Positions 40,129 to 50,663 are shown, counted from the stretch's first letter. The stretch: 64,000 bases of DNA from a candidate division WOR-3 bacterium (GCA_965649295.1 CBFGKH010000001.1:128001-192000), one strand, 5' to 3'. Notes: generated by a model not told the origin, from the sequence alone. A program made the numbers and translations.

Positions 40129-42738
40129 TCAGCGAGAAGCCGGTTCCTCAACTACGACCAGTTGGTCAGGTCGGACATTGCGACGGACAACCACCCGACC
40201 CGGACCAAAGCGAACCTCGACTGTCACTGTCCGTGCTGATGACCCCAGTCCAAAGTGCTGAATGAGTGAGTTCTGGCTTGTCGTGCCCTTGCCGCCCTCG
40301 ACCTCGCGAATCTGGCTGTGCCGGCCCTGGGTCACAGTCACGCGGCAGCCGATACCGGCCCGATTCGCCTGCCGACCGATAACCTTTACCTTTAGCCAGT
40401 GATTGCTATTGCGCGTGTCGTTACGGAAAAGGCGAACCCCTGAACCTGAGCCGACAACGAGGTCTTGGTCGCCGTCGTTGTCAAAGTCAGCAAAAGCACA
40501 ACCCCAGCCATTCAGCACTCGAGTGCCGGACAGCCAGGTGATATCCTCAAAACGTGGAACCGCGCTCTTGGCTAGACCGGGCAAGAGCTGATTCTCATAA
40601 AGAAACGAACGCCGGCCCTCGTAGATTGAGGTAATGTAGAGGTCAAGGTCGCCATCTTTGTCCACATCAGCCCAGGCTGGGTCCGAGTGTGTCTCCTCAT
40701 AACGGATGCCAGCAGCGACCCGACAGTCAGCAAACCGCGGCACTGCCCGCGGGCCGCGGTTCTGGTACAACTGCGAACGGTTCGAGAACTCGATATAGCG
40801 GGGATGAGCAAGGTTGGCAGCAAATAGGTCAAGGTCGCCGTCGTTGTCAAAGTCAGCCCAGGCTGAACCAATCGTGTGGCCATAGGCACCATCAACCTCC
40901 TCGCCGGCCACACCAAGCTGACCAGCCAAATTGGTGAAAGTCGAATCACGGTTGTTGTGCCAGAGCAGGTTCTGGGTGAGACGGTAGTTCGAGACATAGC
41001 AGTCCTGCCAGCCGTCGTCGTCATAATCACCCCAGTTCACGCCCCGGCCAGCCAGGTGCTCGCCAAACGGCGGCACGATGCCAGCCTGCTCAGTTACATC
41101 AGCAAGATAGCCGCGCCGGTTCTGATAGAGCTTGTCCGGATAGTAGCTACGGTCCTGCCAGTTCTCGTAGTTTGCGCAGTAAAGGTCAACCCAGCCGTCG
41201 TTGTCAAAGTCAGCCCAACCCGCGCCTTCGGTCGGATAGTCGTTGTCCGGCCCACCAGCTCGATCCGAAAGGTCGGCAAAAATACCGTGCTCGTTCTTGT
41301 AGAACCGAGCTCCACCCGCAGCGCCGGCGACGTACAAATCAAGCAGACCATCGTTGTTGAAGTCAGCGAACAGCCCGCCGCGGCCATTCGCCCTGCCCAA
41401 GCCAACCGAATCGGTTACATCCACAAACCTGCGGCCTGAATCGTTCCAGAACAGCCGCGAGCCTGAAAGCAGCAGGTCCTGATAGCCGTCGTTGTCATAG
41501 TCGCCCCAGGCCACCCTGGATTCGCGGCGGCCAGCCAACCCCACAAGCTCTGTCACATCAGTAAAGACCGAACCGCGATAGCCCAACCGGCTACGGCCAA
41601 ACTCAAGCTGTTCCTGCCCTGTCGCCGGCCGGATTCGGCAGAACCCGGTCTCAGCCCGCGCACCCCAGTAGTTGCGCGAGTCCCCAACACTCAGCGCCGC
41701 CACATACTGAGCAAGCGCCTCATCTTTCCTGCCCTGCTGCTCGGCAATCTCGCCAAGCAAGGTGTGGAACGGTGCCGGTGTCCACTCTGAGTTCACATCC
41801 CAGCGGAACTGAGCCAACGCATCAGCCAGCACCGACCCTGCCTCTTCCAATCGTGTCTGCGCCATCAGTGCCTCAGCCAGGGCGATGCGGGCTTGGCCGT
41901 ACAGTGGCGGATATTCGAGTTCCCATTGCTCCTGCGGCTTATTAGTCGGTTTTCTAGTATTGGGCCACAATGTGATGGCACGGCGAGCATATGCCTCGGC
42001 CAAGCTCGGCGCAAAGCGGAGCCGATTGAACAGCGCCGCAGCGTAACGGTAGCGGAAAGGGTCGAGCGTATCATCGGCAATCATCTCGGCTGCTGCCTGA
42101 CGCAGGCCAGCGGTGTCACCAAGCCCAAAGAGCGAGCCAAGCAAGGTGGTGTAGAACAACTGCCGGCACTCACTGGTTGGGTAGCGGTCGAGAAAACGTC
42201 GGACAAGTGGAACCTTCAATGTGTCATTGTTCCAGACCGGATAGAGTGAATCATAGAAAGAGCTGAGAATCAGCTCGTAGCCACGCGGTGAATCCGGGAA
42301 AAGCCGCAGCAGTTCAGCCTTGACCGTGGCTGCGGCTGCCGAATCGGCCAACGCCAGACCATCGTAGGCCAATGTCAGCTCACGGGCAGTCCTGCCCAGA
42401 GCATAGCGCCGGGCTTCGCCTACAATCAACTGCCGCGTCGCTGCCAGCCGGACTGAGTCTTTCTCATCACGACGGTAGAGCGCCTGCCAGCGACCGACAA
42501 CTGCTGAATCACAGACAGAATCGAGTTCCAGGGAACGCGCCCACCAGACGGCGGCTGAATCGAAACGGCGCCAGTGGTCATAGACCCGGGCGAGGTCACG
42601 CATCGCTGCGGCATCATGCGGACTAGTAGCCAGCCTGCCGCGATAGAACCTGACCGCGCCATCATAGTCACGTCGGGCCAGAAACGATCGCAAGTCGGTG
42701 GCAGTAACCGTTGCTATCAGTAGCAAGAATAGATTCAA
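40129..42738 (-). CDS. TPR + FG-GAP/VCBS repeat + ASPIC/UnbV (CRTAC1-family) protein
   Basis: Repeated W(G/A)D(Y/F)DNDG..DL motifs, C-terminal 'WLKVKVIG...GIGCRV...REVEGGKG..SQNS..QHFGLG' and N-terminal TPR-like helices. TTG start with SD 'ggagg'. Confidence 0.88.
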   Translation of the reverse strand: MNLFLLLIATVTATDLRSFLARRDYDGAVRFYRGRLATSPHDAAAMRDLARVYDHWRRFDSAAVWWARSLELDSVCDSAVVGRWQALYRRDEKDSVRLAATRQLIVGEARRYALGRTARELTLAYDGLALADSAAAATVKAELLRLFPDSPRGYELILSSFYDSLYPVWNNDTLKVPLVRRFLDRYPTSECRQLFYTTLLGSLFGLGDTAGLRQAAAEMIADDTLDPFRYRYAAALFNRLRFAPSLAEAYARRAITLWPNTRKPTNKPQEQWELEYPPLYGQARIALAEALMAQTRLEEAGSVLADALAQFRWDVNSEWTPAPFHTLLGEIAEQQGRKDEALAQYVAALSVGDSRNYWGARAETGFCRIRPATGQEQLEFGRSRLGYRGSVFTDVTELVGLAGRRESRVAWGDYDNDGYQDLLLSGSRLFWNDSGRRFVDVTDSVGLGRANGRGGLFADFNNDGLLDLYVAGAAGGARFYKNEHGIFADLSDRAGGPDNDYPTEGAGWADFDNDGWVDLYCANYENWQDRSYYPDKLYQNRRGYLADVTEQAGIVPPFGEHLAGRGVNWGDYDDDGWQDCYVSNYRLTQNLLWHNNRDSTFTNLAGQLGVAGEEVDGAYGHTIGSAWADFDNDGDLDLFAANLAHPRYIEFSNRSQLYQNRGPRAVPRFADCRVAAGIRYEETHSDPAWADVDKDGDLDLYITSIYEGRRSFLYENQLLPGLAKSAVPRFEDITWLSGTRVLNGWGCAFADFDNDGDQDLVVGSGSGVRLFRNDTRNSNHWLKVKVIGRQANRAGIGCRVTVTQGRHSQIREVEGGKGTTSQNSLIQHFGLGSSARTVTVEVRFGPGRVVVRRNVRPDQLVVVEEPASR

Positions 42739-42852
42739 GATTCGGGCCTCCGTAATCCTGTTGTTCAGCCAATACGGTAGGCACGACTAGGTCGCTGTCA
42801 AATAGCGTCAGATTGACACCCATCCCAATCCTGACCGCGCTAGCCCTGACCA

Positions 42853-42880
42853 TTGACCACCACGGTTGCCGAGCTATAGT
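42853..42880 (+). promoter_or_regulatory. Sigma70-like promoter
   Basis: TTGACC-16-TATAGT, 8 nt to ATG 42889. Confidence 0.68.
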
Positions 42881-42888
42881 CAGACACG

Positions 42889-45402
42889 ATGCAGAGGTTC
42901 ACCATCCCGACGATAATGTTGGCCATTGGCGTCGCAGCCGGAACCGGCTTGCCACCACTGGCCGATACCATCCGTATCACTGATTGGCTGCTCGCCGGCC
43001 CGTTTGCGGTCGGCACACGCGAAGGCATTGCTGGCCCGCTTGAAGACCCAGCCACGTTCCGATTGGTCGAAGGCCAGGAGTTTCGCACAAGTCTTGTTCA
43101 AGGCGGCATCTGCCGAGCCCATCGGGTAATACCAGACTCAGCCGGCTGGCTTGCTACCGACTATCAAGATGTCCGCTGGGACACAATTGCTAACTACTAC
43201 GGCATTGCCGGCATCGTCAGCATGGGTATTGCCTATGCCGAGTTCGCAGCGCCCAAGCGTTGTCGAGCACTGGCAGTCGCGACTCGACTCGGCGGATTTA
43301 CACTGAACGGCCTCGGCTATCTTGGCGACGTCTATGGCAACGGCTGGTTTGTGACGCCAGTTGTGCTCGATTCCGGCACCAATCGTCTCCTCCTCCGTCT
43401 GTCCGGATTTGGTGACACCCGGGTTCGCTTCCTGCTGGTGCCGCCCCGGGCCGCAGTCCTGCCCATCGCCGCTGACCTGACTGCCCCTGACCTGCGGTCC
43501 GATTCTGCCCTGACCGCGTGGGTTGGCGTTCCCCTGCTCAACACGACCGACCAGCGCCTGGACTCAGTACGGTTACGGATAGTTTTCGGCACAACAACGG
43601 TTGAGACCATCATCAACAACCTGCCCACTCTTGGAGCGAGGAAGGTCAAGCTCAAGCTCTCATTCCCTGCCCAGCACCGGGAAACAAGCCACACCGAACT
43701 GCCACTGGTCCTGACCGCGATCGCGCTGGGCGACACCACCACTGACACCGCCCGGTTACCAATTCGCCTGCCATCTGAACCGGTGCGCCAGACGTTCATT
43801 TCCAGCATTGACTCATCGGTCCAATACTACGCCTGTCTCTATCCGAAGGGGTTTGATCCGGGCCGGCGCTATCCGGTCATCTTTACCTTACATGGTGCCG
43901 GCGTCGAGGCCTGGGGCCAGGCGAATGCCTATCAGCAGAAAGACTGGGCCTTTGTTGTCGCGCCAACTAACCGCCGGCCTTACGGCTTTGACTGGCAGGA
44001 CTGGGGCAGACTTGATGCCATCGAGGTGCTCGACACTGTTCTTTGCCGCCTGCCGATTGACCCTGCCCGAGTTCTGCTCACCGGTGGCTCAATGGGCGGA
44101 CACGGTGACTGGCATGTGAGCGTTCATCATCCTGACCGGTTTGCCGTTGTCGCCCCTCAGGCAAGCTGGCCCACCCACCAGCTCTATGTTCCCTGGTTCT
44201 TGCAGCGCTCAGCCATCTTTGCCCAGCCAGGCCAACTGGCGATTCGTGACCAGGTGCTGCGTTCGGACAATGTCCCGGCTCTGCTCGGCAATCTTTCGAA
44301 CCTGCCCTGCTTTGTGCTGCACGGCGGCGACGACGACAACGTCCCGCCACTACACGGCCGCAACTTTGCACTCTGGCTTGATGAACTCGGTCAAGAGTAC
44401 GTCTATCGTGAGCTACCGGGCAAGGGTCACTGGTGGACCGACGAAAGCCTCGGCATCACGGTCTGTGACGACACGGCACTACTGAACTATATTCGGCATC
44501 GGCACCGACCGCTGGACGTTCGCAATGTCAGTTTCCGTACTCCTGACCTCGGCACAAGCCATAAGGCCTACTGGTGCGAGATTGAACGGGTTGGCATTGT
44601 TGGGCAGGACGCAGCTATCGAGGCTACGGCTGATGACTCAGTCATTCGGATTGCGACTGAGAACATCGAGAGGTTCAGCCTCAATCTCTTCGGTACACCA
44701 AAGTTTGCCGGCCAGATTGTGGTATTCATAAATGGAACCAGAATTGGCCGACGCTTCACGCTGCCCAATCGGCTTACCTTTAGCCGCACGCGCTTTGGCT
44801 GGCAGCTTGGCCTTGGCCGTCAGGGCCGGCTAACCAAGACCCCAGACCGATACGGCCCAGCCCGACAGGCAATGATGCAGCCATTCTTGCTCGTTTATGG
44901 GACTACCAACCCTGGAATCACCCCCTACCTTCGCCACACCGCCAATCAGGAGGCACTGCGCTGGTGGCTGATTGGCAACGGCTCGGTCGAAATCCTGGCC
45001 GACACCGAGGTAACCAGCGCGCACATTGACCGCTACAATCTCCTGCTCTTTGGTGGGCCAACTGAGAACAGCCTGACCAGGAAAATCAACAGCCGTCTCC
45101 CCGTCCAGATAGCCAATGGCCGTGTCCAGCTCGGTTCTCGCGACCTAGGACCTGACCTGGCAGTCGCTTGTCTATATCCTAACCCACTCAACCCCGAACG
45201 GCTCGTGTATGTCAGAATGGGGACTGGCCCGGACGAGACAAAGCTTTCGTCTTACTTTGGCCTTGCCTCTTCCAGTGCCGGCGTGCCTGACTTTCTCGTC
45301 TTCGACCGCCGCGTCCGGCGCTACGGCTGGGCTGGTATCCGGGCTGCCGGCTTTTTTGACCCTGACTGGCAACTGGACGAGCGATCAATGTTTGTCGAAT
45401 AG
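42889..45402 (+). CDS. Secreted S9-like serine peptidase/esterase (alpha/beta hydrolase)
   Basis: Signal peptide, TLHGAG, GGSMGGHG nucleophile elbow, HGGDDDNVP and GKGHWW. Confidence 0.87.
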   Translation: MQRFTIPTIMLAIGVAAGTGLPPLADTIRITDWLLAGPFAVGTREGIAGPLEDPATFRLVEGQEFRTSLVQGGICRAHRVIPDSAGWLATDYQDVRWDTIANYYGIAGIVSMGIAYAEFAAPKRCRALAVATRLGGFTLNGLGYLGDVYGNGWFVTPVVLDSGTNRLLLRLSGFGDTRVRFLLVPPRAAVLPIAADLTAPDLRSDSALTAWVGVPLLNTTDQRLDSVRLRIVFGTTTVETIINNLPTLGARKVKLKLSFPAQHRETSHTELPLVLTAIALGDTTTDTARLPIRLPSEPVRQTFISSIDSSVQYYACLYPKGFDPGRRYPVIFTLHGAGVEAWGQANAYQQKDWAFVVAPTNRRPYGFDWQDWGRLDAIEVLDTVLCRLPIDPARVLLTGGSMGGHGDWHVSVHHPDRFAVVAPQASWPTHQLYVPWFLQRSAIFAQPGQLAIRDQVLRSDNVPALLGNLSNLPCFVLHGGDDDNVPPLHGRNFALWLDELGQEYVYRELPGKGHWWTDESLGITVCDDTALLNYIRHRHRPLDVRNVSFRTPDLGTSHKAYWCEIERVGIVGQDAAIEATADDSVIRIATENIERFSLNLFGTPKFAGQIVVFINGTRIGRRFTLPNRLTFSRTRFGWQLGLGRQGRLTKTPDRYGPARQAMMQPFLLVYGTTNPGITPYLRHTANQEALRWWLIGNGSVEILADTEVTSAHIDRYNLLLFGGPTENSLTRKINSRLPVQIANGRVQLGSRDLGPDLAVACLYPNPLNPERLVYVRMGTGPDETKLSSYFGLASSSAGVPDFLVFDRRVRRYGWAGIRAAGFFDPDWQLDERSMFVE

Positions 45403-45411
45403 ACATCGGAA

Positions 45412-46341
45412 ATGAGAAACCCCACAAGTCCGGGCAGGCAGGGCCCCGGGACCAGCCTTGTTATCAAGTCACCCGCCAAGGTCAATCTTGGTCTGCAGGT
45501 CGGGCCTAGACGTACCGATGGATTCCATGAGATTGTTACCGTGATGGCCCTCCTCGAACTGCACGACACCATCCACATCCGGCTGACCAAGGCTGGGGTC
45601 CAAATAAGCTCAACTAACCCTGACCTACCCCCTGGACCGGACAATCTTGGCTACAGGGCAGCCGCAGCACTGCTGAACGCCACCGGCGCAGTTCACGGCT
45701 GCCGGATCAGGATAGCGAAAAGGATACCGGTCGGCGCTGGTCTGGGCGGCGGCTCCTCGAATGCCGCGGCAGTCCTCTTCGGCCTAAACCAACTCCTTGG
45801 CTCGCCCTTGAACGGCCACCAACTGCACCAGCTTGGCCAGACCATTGGCTCGGACGTGCCGGTCTTCCTGGCTTGGCTGATCCAGCCAACCCGAACCGCC
45901 TTTGTTGCTCGCGGTCGCGGTGAGCGCCTCCGCCCTATCTCATTACCCCAGCTTCAGTTGTGTCTCTACTTCCCTGGCTATCCCATCCCCACCGGCTGGG
46001 CTTTTCGTGAGCTCGACCGGCTGCGGGCCCGGCGTCGCTTGACTCCCTTCCGGTTCTCTCCTAAGATTCTCGCTGCGCTCTTGCGGCGCAACGAACTGGA
46101 CAGGGCCGCAGCCTGGCTCGGCAACGACTTCGAGCCGGTTGTCTTTGCCCGACATCCGGATTTGGCGCAAGCGAAGAGGCTGCTGCAGGAAAACTGCGCT
46201 GCTGCTGCCCTGTCTGGTTCCGGCAGTACGGTCTATGGCCTGGTGCGAAGTCACGAACGGCAGGACCTGATGGCCGCTCTGAAACGCCTCGGTTTCCCCG
46301 CCATCCTGACCAGGACACTAGGGCCGCCGGCACGAAAGTAG
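45412..46341 (+). CDS. ispE: 4-diphosphocytidyl-2-C-methyl-D-erythritol kinase
   Basis: PAKVNLGL, DGFHEI, KRIPVGAGLGGGSSNAA, GSDVP, NDFE and LSGSGSTV. Confidence 0.95.
   Translation: MRNPTSPGRQGPGTSLVIKSPAKVNLGLQVGPRRTDGFHEIVTVMALLELHDTIHIRLTKAGVQISSTNPDLPPGPDNLGYRAAAALLNATGAVHGCRIRIAKRIPVGAGLGGGSSNAAAVLFGLNQLLGSPLNGHQLHQLGQTIGSDVPVFLAWLIQPTRTAFVARGRGERLRPISLPQLQLCLYFPGYPIPTGWAFRELDRLRARRRLTPFRFSPKILAALLRRNELDRAAAWLGNDFEPVVFARHPDLAQAKRLLQENCAAAALSGSGSTVYGLVRSHERQDLMAALKRLGFPAILTRTLGPPARK
46039..46067 (+). promoter_or_regulatory. Internal promoter within ispE, likely driving the tRNA-Gln-prs-rplY operon
   Basis: TTGACT-17-TAAGAT inside the variable ispE linker. Confidence 0.5.
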
Positions 46342-46342
46342 T

Positions 46343-46414
46343 TGGGGCGTCGTTCAACTGGCAGGACCCAGGACTTTGGATCCTGTTATGAAGGTTCGAC
46401 TCCTTCCGCCCCAG
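46343..46414 (+). tRNA. tRNA-Gln (anticodon TTG)
   Basis: Acceptor TGGGGCG/CGCCCCA, anticodon arm CAGGA-CTTTGGA-TCCTG, T-arm GAAGG-TTCGACT-CCTTC. CCA is not encoded. Canonical position between ispE and prs. Confidence 0.95.
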
Positions 46415-46454
46415 CATTGGCTGAAAGGCAGAAACCCGCTGTGGAGCGAGTGAT

Positions 46455-47390
46455 ATGGCAGAACTCAAAATCTTCTCTGGTCGGGCCAATGGGCCGCTGG
46501 CTGAGAAAATCTGTCTCCACCTTGGTGTGGCCTGCGGCAATGCCGAGGTGCGTAATTTCGCCGACGGTGAGATTCGCGTCAATATCCGCGAGAGTGTTCG
46601 CGGCACTGACGCCTTCGTGATTCAGCCGACCCAGCCGCCGGCCGACAACCTCTTTGAGCTGCTGCTGATGATTGACGCTCTGCGCCGGGCTTCGGCCGAG
46701 CGGATTACCGCGGTCATCCCCTACTATGGCTACGCTCGGCAGGACCGCAAAGACCAGCCGCGCGTGCCGGTCTCGGCCAAGCTCATTGCCAATCTACTGG
46801 TTCGGGCCGGTGCCGACCGAATCCTGACAATGGAATTGCATGCCGAGCAAATTCAGGCCTATTTCGACATTCCAGTTGACCACCTCTATGCCACACCGGT
46901 ATTCGTTGAGTATCTGCGGCCTTCGGCCGAGAACTGCGTCGTCGTGGCGCCGGATACTGGTCGAGCCAACCGGGCCCGGGGCTTTGCCCGCCGGCTCGGT
47001 GACCACGTCCCGATCGCCATTATTGACAAACGCCGGCCAGAACTAAACAAGGCCGAAGTGGTCAACGTTGTCGGCGATGTCACCGGCCGGAACGCAATAG
47101 TCTTTGACGACATGATTGATACTGGCGGCACGCTCATCTCAGCCGCTACCGCTCTCTGCGAGCGTGGTGCCCGGTCAGTGCGCGCCGTTGCTGTTCATGG
47201 CATTTTCTCCGGCCCGGCAATCGAACGGATTGCCGACTCGATACTTACTGAGGTTGTCGTCACCGACACCATCCTGCTGCCACCGACAAAAAGGATTCCC
47301 AAAATCAAGGTGCTTTCCGTCGCCGCCCTACTGGCTGAGGCTATCCGCCGCACCCATCTGGGCGAGTCGGTCAGCTCGCTTTTCATCTAG
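46455..47390 (+). CDS. prs: Ribose-phosphate pyrophosphokinase
   Basis: FADGEI, PYYGYARQDRK, ELHAEQIQ, IIDKRR and DDMIDTGGT. Confidence 0.97.
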   Translation: MAELKIFSGRANGPLAEKICLHLGVACGNAEVRNFADGEIRVNIRESVRGTDAFVIQPTQPPADNLFELLLMIDALRRASAERITAVIPYYGYARQDRKDQPRVPVSAKLIANLLVRAGADRILTMELHAEQIQAYFDIPVDHLYATPVFVEYLRPSAENCVVVAPDTGRANRARGFARRLGDHVPIAIIDKRRPELNKAEVVNVVGDVTGRNAIVFDDMIDTGGTLISAATALCERGARSVRAVAVHGIFSGPAIERIADSILTEVVVTDTILLPPTKRIPKIKVLSVAALLAEAIRRTHLGESVSSLFI

Positions 47391-47399
47391 AGGAGTAAA

Positions 47400-48116
47400 A
47401 TGGCATACGTAGTCAAAGCTCAACCCCGTTCCGAGGCCGGCAAGAACAAGGTTCGCCGCCTCCGTCGCGCCGGGATGATTCCGGCCATAATCTACGGCCA
47501 CGGCGATCCCTCAACCATGCTGGCACTCTCTGCTCACGACTTTGGCCGTCTGCTTGACGAGATTCGCGGCCACAGTCCAATTGTTGAAGTCGAGGTCGAA
47601 AACCAGCCACCCCAGAAGTGCGTAATCAAGACAATCCAGCGCAATCCGATTGACGGCTCGCTGCTCCACGTTGACTTCCAGAAGGTCCACCTCCAGGAAA
47701 AGATCACCATGGCCGTCCCTGTCATCCTTCACGGCACGCCGATTGGTGTCAAACAGGGCGGCATGCTCGACTTCGTGCTCCGGCAAGTCTCAGTTCGAGC
47801 CACGATCGACCGCATCCCCGAGCACTTCGACATTGACATCAGCAACCTAAGGATTGGCCAGAGCTATCACATCGCTGACCTCGGCCGGGCCGACCTCGAA
47901 TTTGTGATGCCGCCGGAGTCGGCAATCGTCACGATCCTCTCACCGCGCAAGCTGGCTGAGACACCGACAGCCGCTGCAGCCGCCGCTGCCGCTGAGGCTG
48001 CCCCGGCTGAGCCCGAGGTCATCAAAGAGAAGAAGCCGACTGAAGAAGGAGCTGGCGAAGAAGAGACCAAGGGCAAGGGTGCCAAGCCTGGCAAGGAAGA
48101 GAAGAAAGAGAAGTAG
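47400..48116 (+). CDS. rplY: 50S ribosomal protein L25 / CTC
   Basis: RRLRRAGMIPAIIYG, HVDF, GVKQGG and an acidic/Lys-rich tail. Confidence 0.95.
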   Translation: MAYVVKAQPRSEAGKNKVRRLRRAGMIPAIIYGHGDPSTMLALSAHDFGRLLDEIRGHSPIVEVEVENQPPQKCVIKTIQRNPIDGSLLHVDFQKVHLQEKITMAVPVILHGTPIGVKQGGMLDFVLRQVSVRATIDRIPEHFDIDISNLRIGQSYHIADLGRADLEFVMPPESAIVTILSPRKLAETPTAAAAAAAAEAAPAEPEVIKEKKPTEEGAGEEETKGKGAKPGKEEKKEK

Positions 48117-48120
48117 TCTA

Positions 48121-48714
48121 GTGACGATTTTCGGCCTCGGCAACCCGACCGAGCGCTACGCCGCCACTCGGCATAACATCGGCTTTCTCGTTCTCGATGC
48201 CCTTGCTGGCCGGCTGCATGTTCGATTCCGTCATGCCGCCGGCCGACTTGTGGCCCAAAAAGAGCTGGCTGGCAAGCCAGTCACCCTGGTCAAACCCCTC
48301 CGTTACATGAACAACTCCGGAATGGTTGTCCAGGAGCAGCTACAGGCCAGTCCTGACGAGTTTCTGGTCGTCTGTGACGACCTGGCCCTGCCCTTTGGGC
48401 GCCTGCGGCTGCGGCCCAAGGGTTCTGACGGCGGCCACAATGGTCTTGGGTCAATCATCTACGCCCTCGGCCGCAACGACTTCCCCCGTTTGCGCGTTGG
48501 CATCGGCCAGCCGCCGCCTGACCGACCCTGGATTGACTGGGTGCTCGAACCGTTCAGTCCCGAGGAAACTGCTCAGCTACCTGCGGTCGTGGACCGCGCT
48601 GCCGAGGCCTGCCTCACTGTTGTGACCGCCGGTCTCGCAACCGCCATGAATCGTTACAACGCTGAACCAGCGCCTCCCAAGGCCAAGTCGCCCGCCCGGG
48701 AGTGTTCGGCGTGA
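48121..48714 (+). CDS. pth: Peptidyl-tRNA hydrolase
   Basis: GLGNP..Y..TRHNIGF, YMNNSG, DDL, GGHNGL and RLRVGIG. GTG at 48121. Confidence 0.96.
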   Translation: MTIFGLGNPTERYAATRHNIGFLVLDALAGRLHVRFRHAAGRLVAQKELAGKPVTLVKPLRYMNNSGMVVQEQLQASPDEFLVVCDDLALPFGRLRLRPKGSDGGHNGLGSIIYALGRNDFPRLRVGIGQPPPDRPWIDWVLEPFSPEETAQLPAVVDRAAEACLTVVTAGLATAMNRYNAEPAPPKAKSPARECSA

Positions 48715-49760
48715 AAGTCGGCATCGTCGGCCTGCCGAACGTCGGCAAATCCTCGCTCTTCAACATTCTCACCGCTGGCAGCGCCCGGGTTGACATATTC
48801 CCGTTCACGACCATCGAAAAGAACACCGGGGTTGTCCTCGTGCCCGACGAACGGCTCGAACAGCTTGGCCGGATTCTCCGGCCCGAGAAACTCACGCCCA
48901 CCCATATCGAGTTCGTTGACATCGCCGGACTTGTCCCGGGCGCCAGTCAAGGCGAAGGCCTGGGCAACAAGTTTCTCGGCCACATCCGCGAGTGCGACAT
49001 CATTCTCCATCTCGTTCGTCTTTTCGCCACCCCCGACATTCCTGCGGTTCTCGACAGTATCAACCCCGACCGCGATATTGAAGTCGTTGAGGCTGAGCTG
49101 GCGCTCGCCGACCTGGCTATTGTCGAACGCAAGCTCGAACATGTACGCAAGGAGCCGCGCTCGATCGAACACGACCTGCTGCTCGGCGCCCTTGAGCAAT
49201 GTCACGCCGCCCTCGGTCGTGGCCAGCACCCGACGCTGTCGCCTGAACAGCGACACTCATTGCGTGAACTTGGCCTAATAATGACTAAACCGGTAGTCTT
49301 TGCGGCGAACTGCTCTGACTCCGACCCCGTTGACCTCACTCGCTACCCGACGCTCGCAGCTCACCAGCCGCTGCTCTTCTCGGCCGCCCTCGAAGTTGCG
49401 CTTGCTGACGCTAGTGAAACCGACCGAATTGAGTTGCGCACCGCCCTCGGCCTGCACCGCGACGGCCCGGCCGCAATTGTCAATGCCTGTTTTGGCGCGC
49501 TCGACCTGATTCGTTTCTATACCATCAAAGGCACCGAGTCGCGGGCCTGGGCCGCTCCTCGCGGCACAACCGCGCTCGCTGCCGCGAACATGATTCACAC
49601 CGCCATCGGCCAAGGTTTTATCCGCGCCGAGGTGGTCCGCTACGATGACCTGGTCCGGGCCGGCGACTACGCTGCCTGTCGCGAGCAGGGCCACGTCAAG
49701 ATTGAAGGCAAAAGCTACGTAGTGCAGGACGGTGACGTTCTGCTAATCAAATTCAAGTAG
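48711..49760 (+). CDS. ychF: Redox-regulated ATPase YchF (Obg family)
   Basis: GIVGLPNVGKS, PFTTIE, DIAGLV.GAS.GEGLGNKFL, GFIRAEV and EGK.YVVQDGD. The GTG overlaps the pth stop. Confidence 0.93.
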   Translation: MKVGIVGLPNVGKSSLFNILTAGSARVDIFPFTTIEKNTGVVLVPDERLEQLGRILRPEKLTPTHIEFVDIAGLVPGASQGEGLGNKFLGHIRECDIILHLVRLFATPDIPAVLDSINPDRDIEVVEAELALADLAIVERKLEHVRKEPRSIEHDLLLGALEQCHAALGRGQHPTLSPEQRHSLRELGLIMTKPVVFAANCSDSDPVDLTRYPTLAAHQPLLFSAALEVALADASETDRIELRTALGLHRDGPAAIVNACFGALDLIRFYTIKGTESRAWAAPRGTTALAAANMIHTAIGQGFIRAEVVRYDDLVRAGDYAACREQGHVKIEGKSYVVQDGDVLLIKFK

Positions 49761-49770
49761 GAGGCAATCA

Positions 49771-50151
49771 ATGAGTAATGCCAACACAGTTCACGAAAGC
49801 TACGAAATCGCGATGATTCTGGACCCAAGCATGTCCGACAAAGACGTCCAGAAAATCGCCCAGGAGGTCCGCGACCTGCTAGTCGCAGCCGGCGCCGCCG
49901 CCGTGTCTGATGAACGTACTGAACGTCGCGCCCTGGCCTATCCGGTGAAGAAACGAAACGAAGGGATTTACTGCTACATCTACTTCACCGGTCCGACCAC
50001 AACCCCCGAGAAGGTTCGCTACGAACTCCGGCACCGCGAAGGACTGCTCCGGATGACGTTTATCCGCAGACCGGCACCCGCGCCAGAGCCGATATCCGTT
50101 CCGTCGGAGCCTACTGAAACACCAAGCGAAGTACCGGCCGAAGGAGCCTAG
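49771..50151 (+). CDS. rpsF: 30S ribosomal protein S6
   Basis: YEIAMILDP, RRALAYPVKK..EG.Y and LLR. Confidence 0.92.
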   Translation: MSNANTVHESYEIAMILDPSMSDKDVQKIAQEVRDLLVAAGAAAVSDERTERRALAYPVKKRNEGIYCYIYFTGPTTTPEKVRYELRHREGLLRMTFIRRPAPAPEPISVPSEPTETPSEVPAEGA

Positions 50152-50152
50152 T

Positions 50153-50626
50153 ATGGAACCAGACATCCCGCGTGGCCAGTCGGCCCCACTGCGGCTGGGT
50201 AGCCTCAATGTCGTCATCCTAATTGGCCGGGTGGCAATGGGGCCTGACCTCCGCTACACCCCCAAAGGTACCGCTGTCCTCAACTTCCGGATTGCCGTCA
50301 ACCGCCGTTACAAGGACAAGACAACCGACGAATGGAAAGAGGAAACCTCATTTTTCAATGTCAATGCCTGGGGCCCGCAAGCTGAGCGGCTCAGTGAGAC
50401 AATGAAGAAAGGCTCAGCCGTGCTCGTCGAGGGACAGCTACGCAGCCGCTCCTATGACACGCAGGCCGGAGACAAACGGTACGTTGTCGAAATCTGGGCG
50501 AACCGAGTTCAGGTCCTCGACCGTGTCAGCTCAGGCACCGGCGGGGTCGCGGCTCCACCGTCGAGCGCCCCTGCCGAGGATGAACCCGATTTCTCCCGGG
50601 ACCAACTCGACGACATTCCATTTTAG
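50153..50626 (+). CDS. ssb: Single-stranded DNA-binding protein
   Basis: LNVVILIGR, LRYTP.G, KGSAVLVEG.L..RSY and C-terminal DDIPF. Confidence 0.96.
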   Translation: MEPDIPRGQSAPLRLGSLNVVILIGRVAMGPDLRYTPKGTAVLNFRIAVNRRYKDKTTDEWKEETSFFNVNAWGPQAERLSETMKKGSAVLVEGQLRSRSYDTQAGDKRYVVEIWANRVQVLDRVSSGTGGVAAPPSSAPAEDEPDFSRDQLDDIPF

Positions 50627-50663
50627 TCGTTGTTGTTGACCAGCTTGGCGGCTCCGTCGTGAA

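Noticed and set aside
46342..46620. 92-aa ORF after ispE
   Set aside because: It overlaps tRNA-Gln and prs in another frame, so it is spurious.
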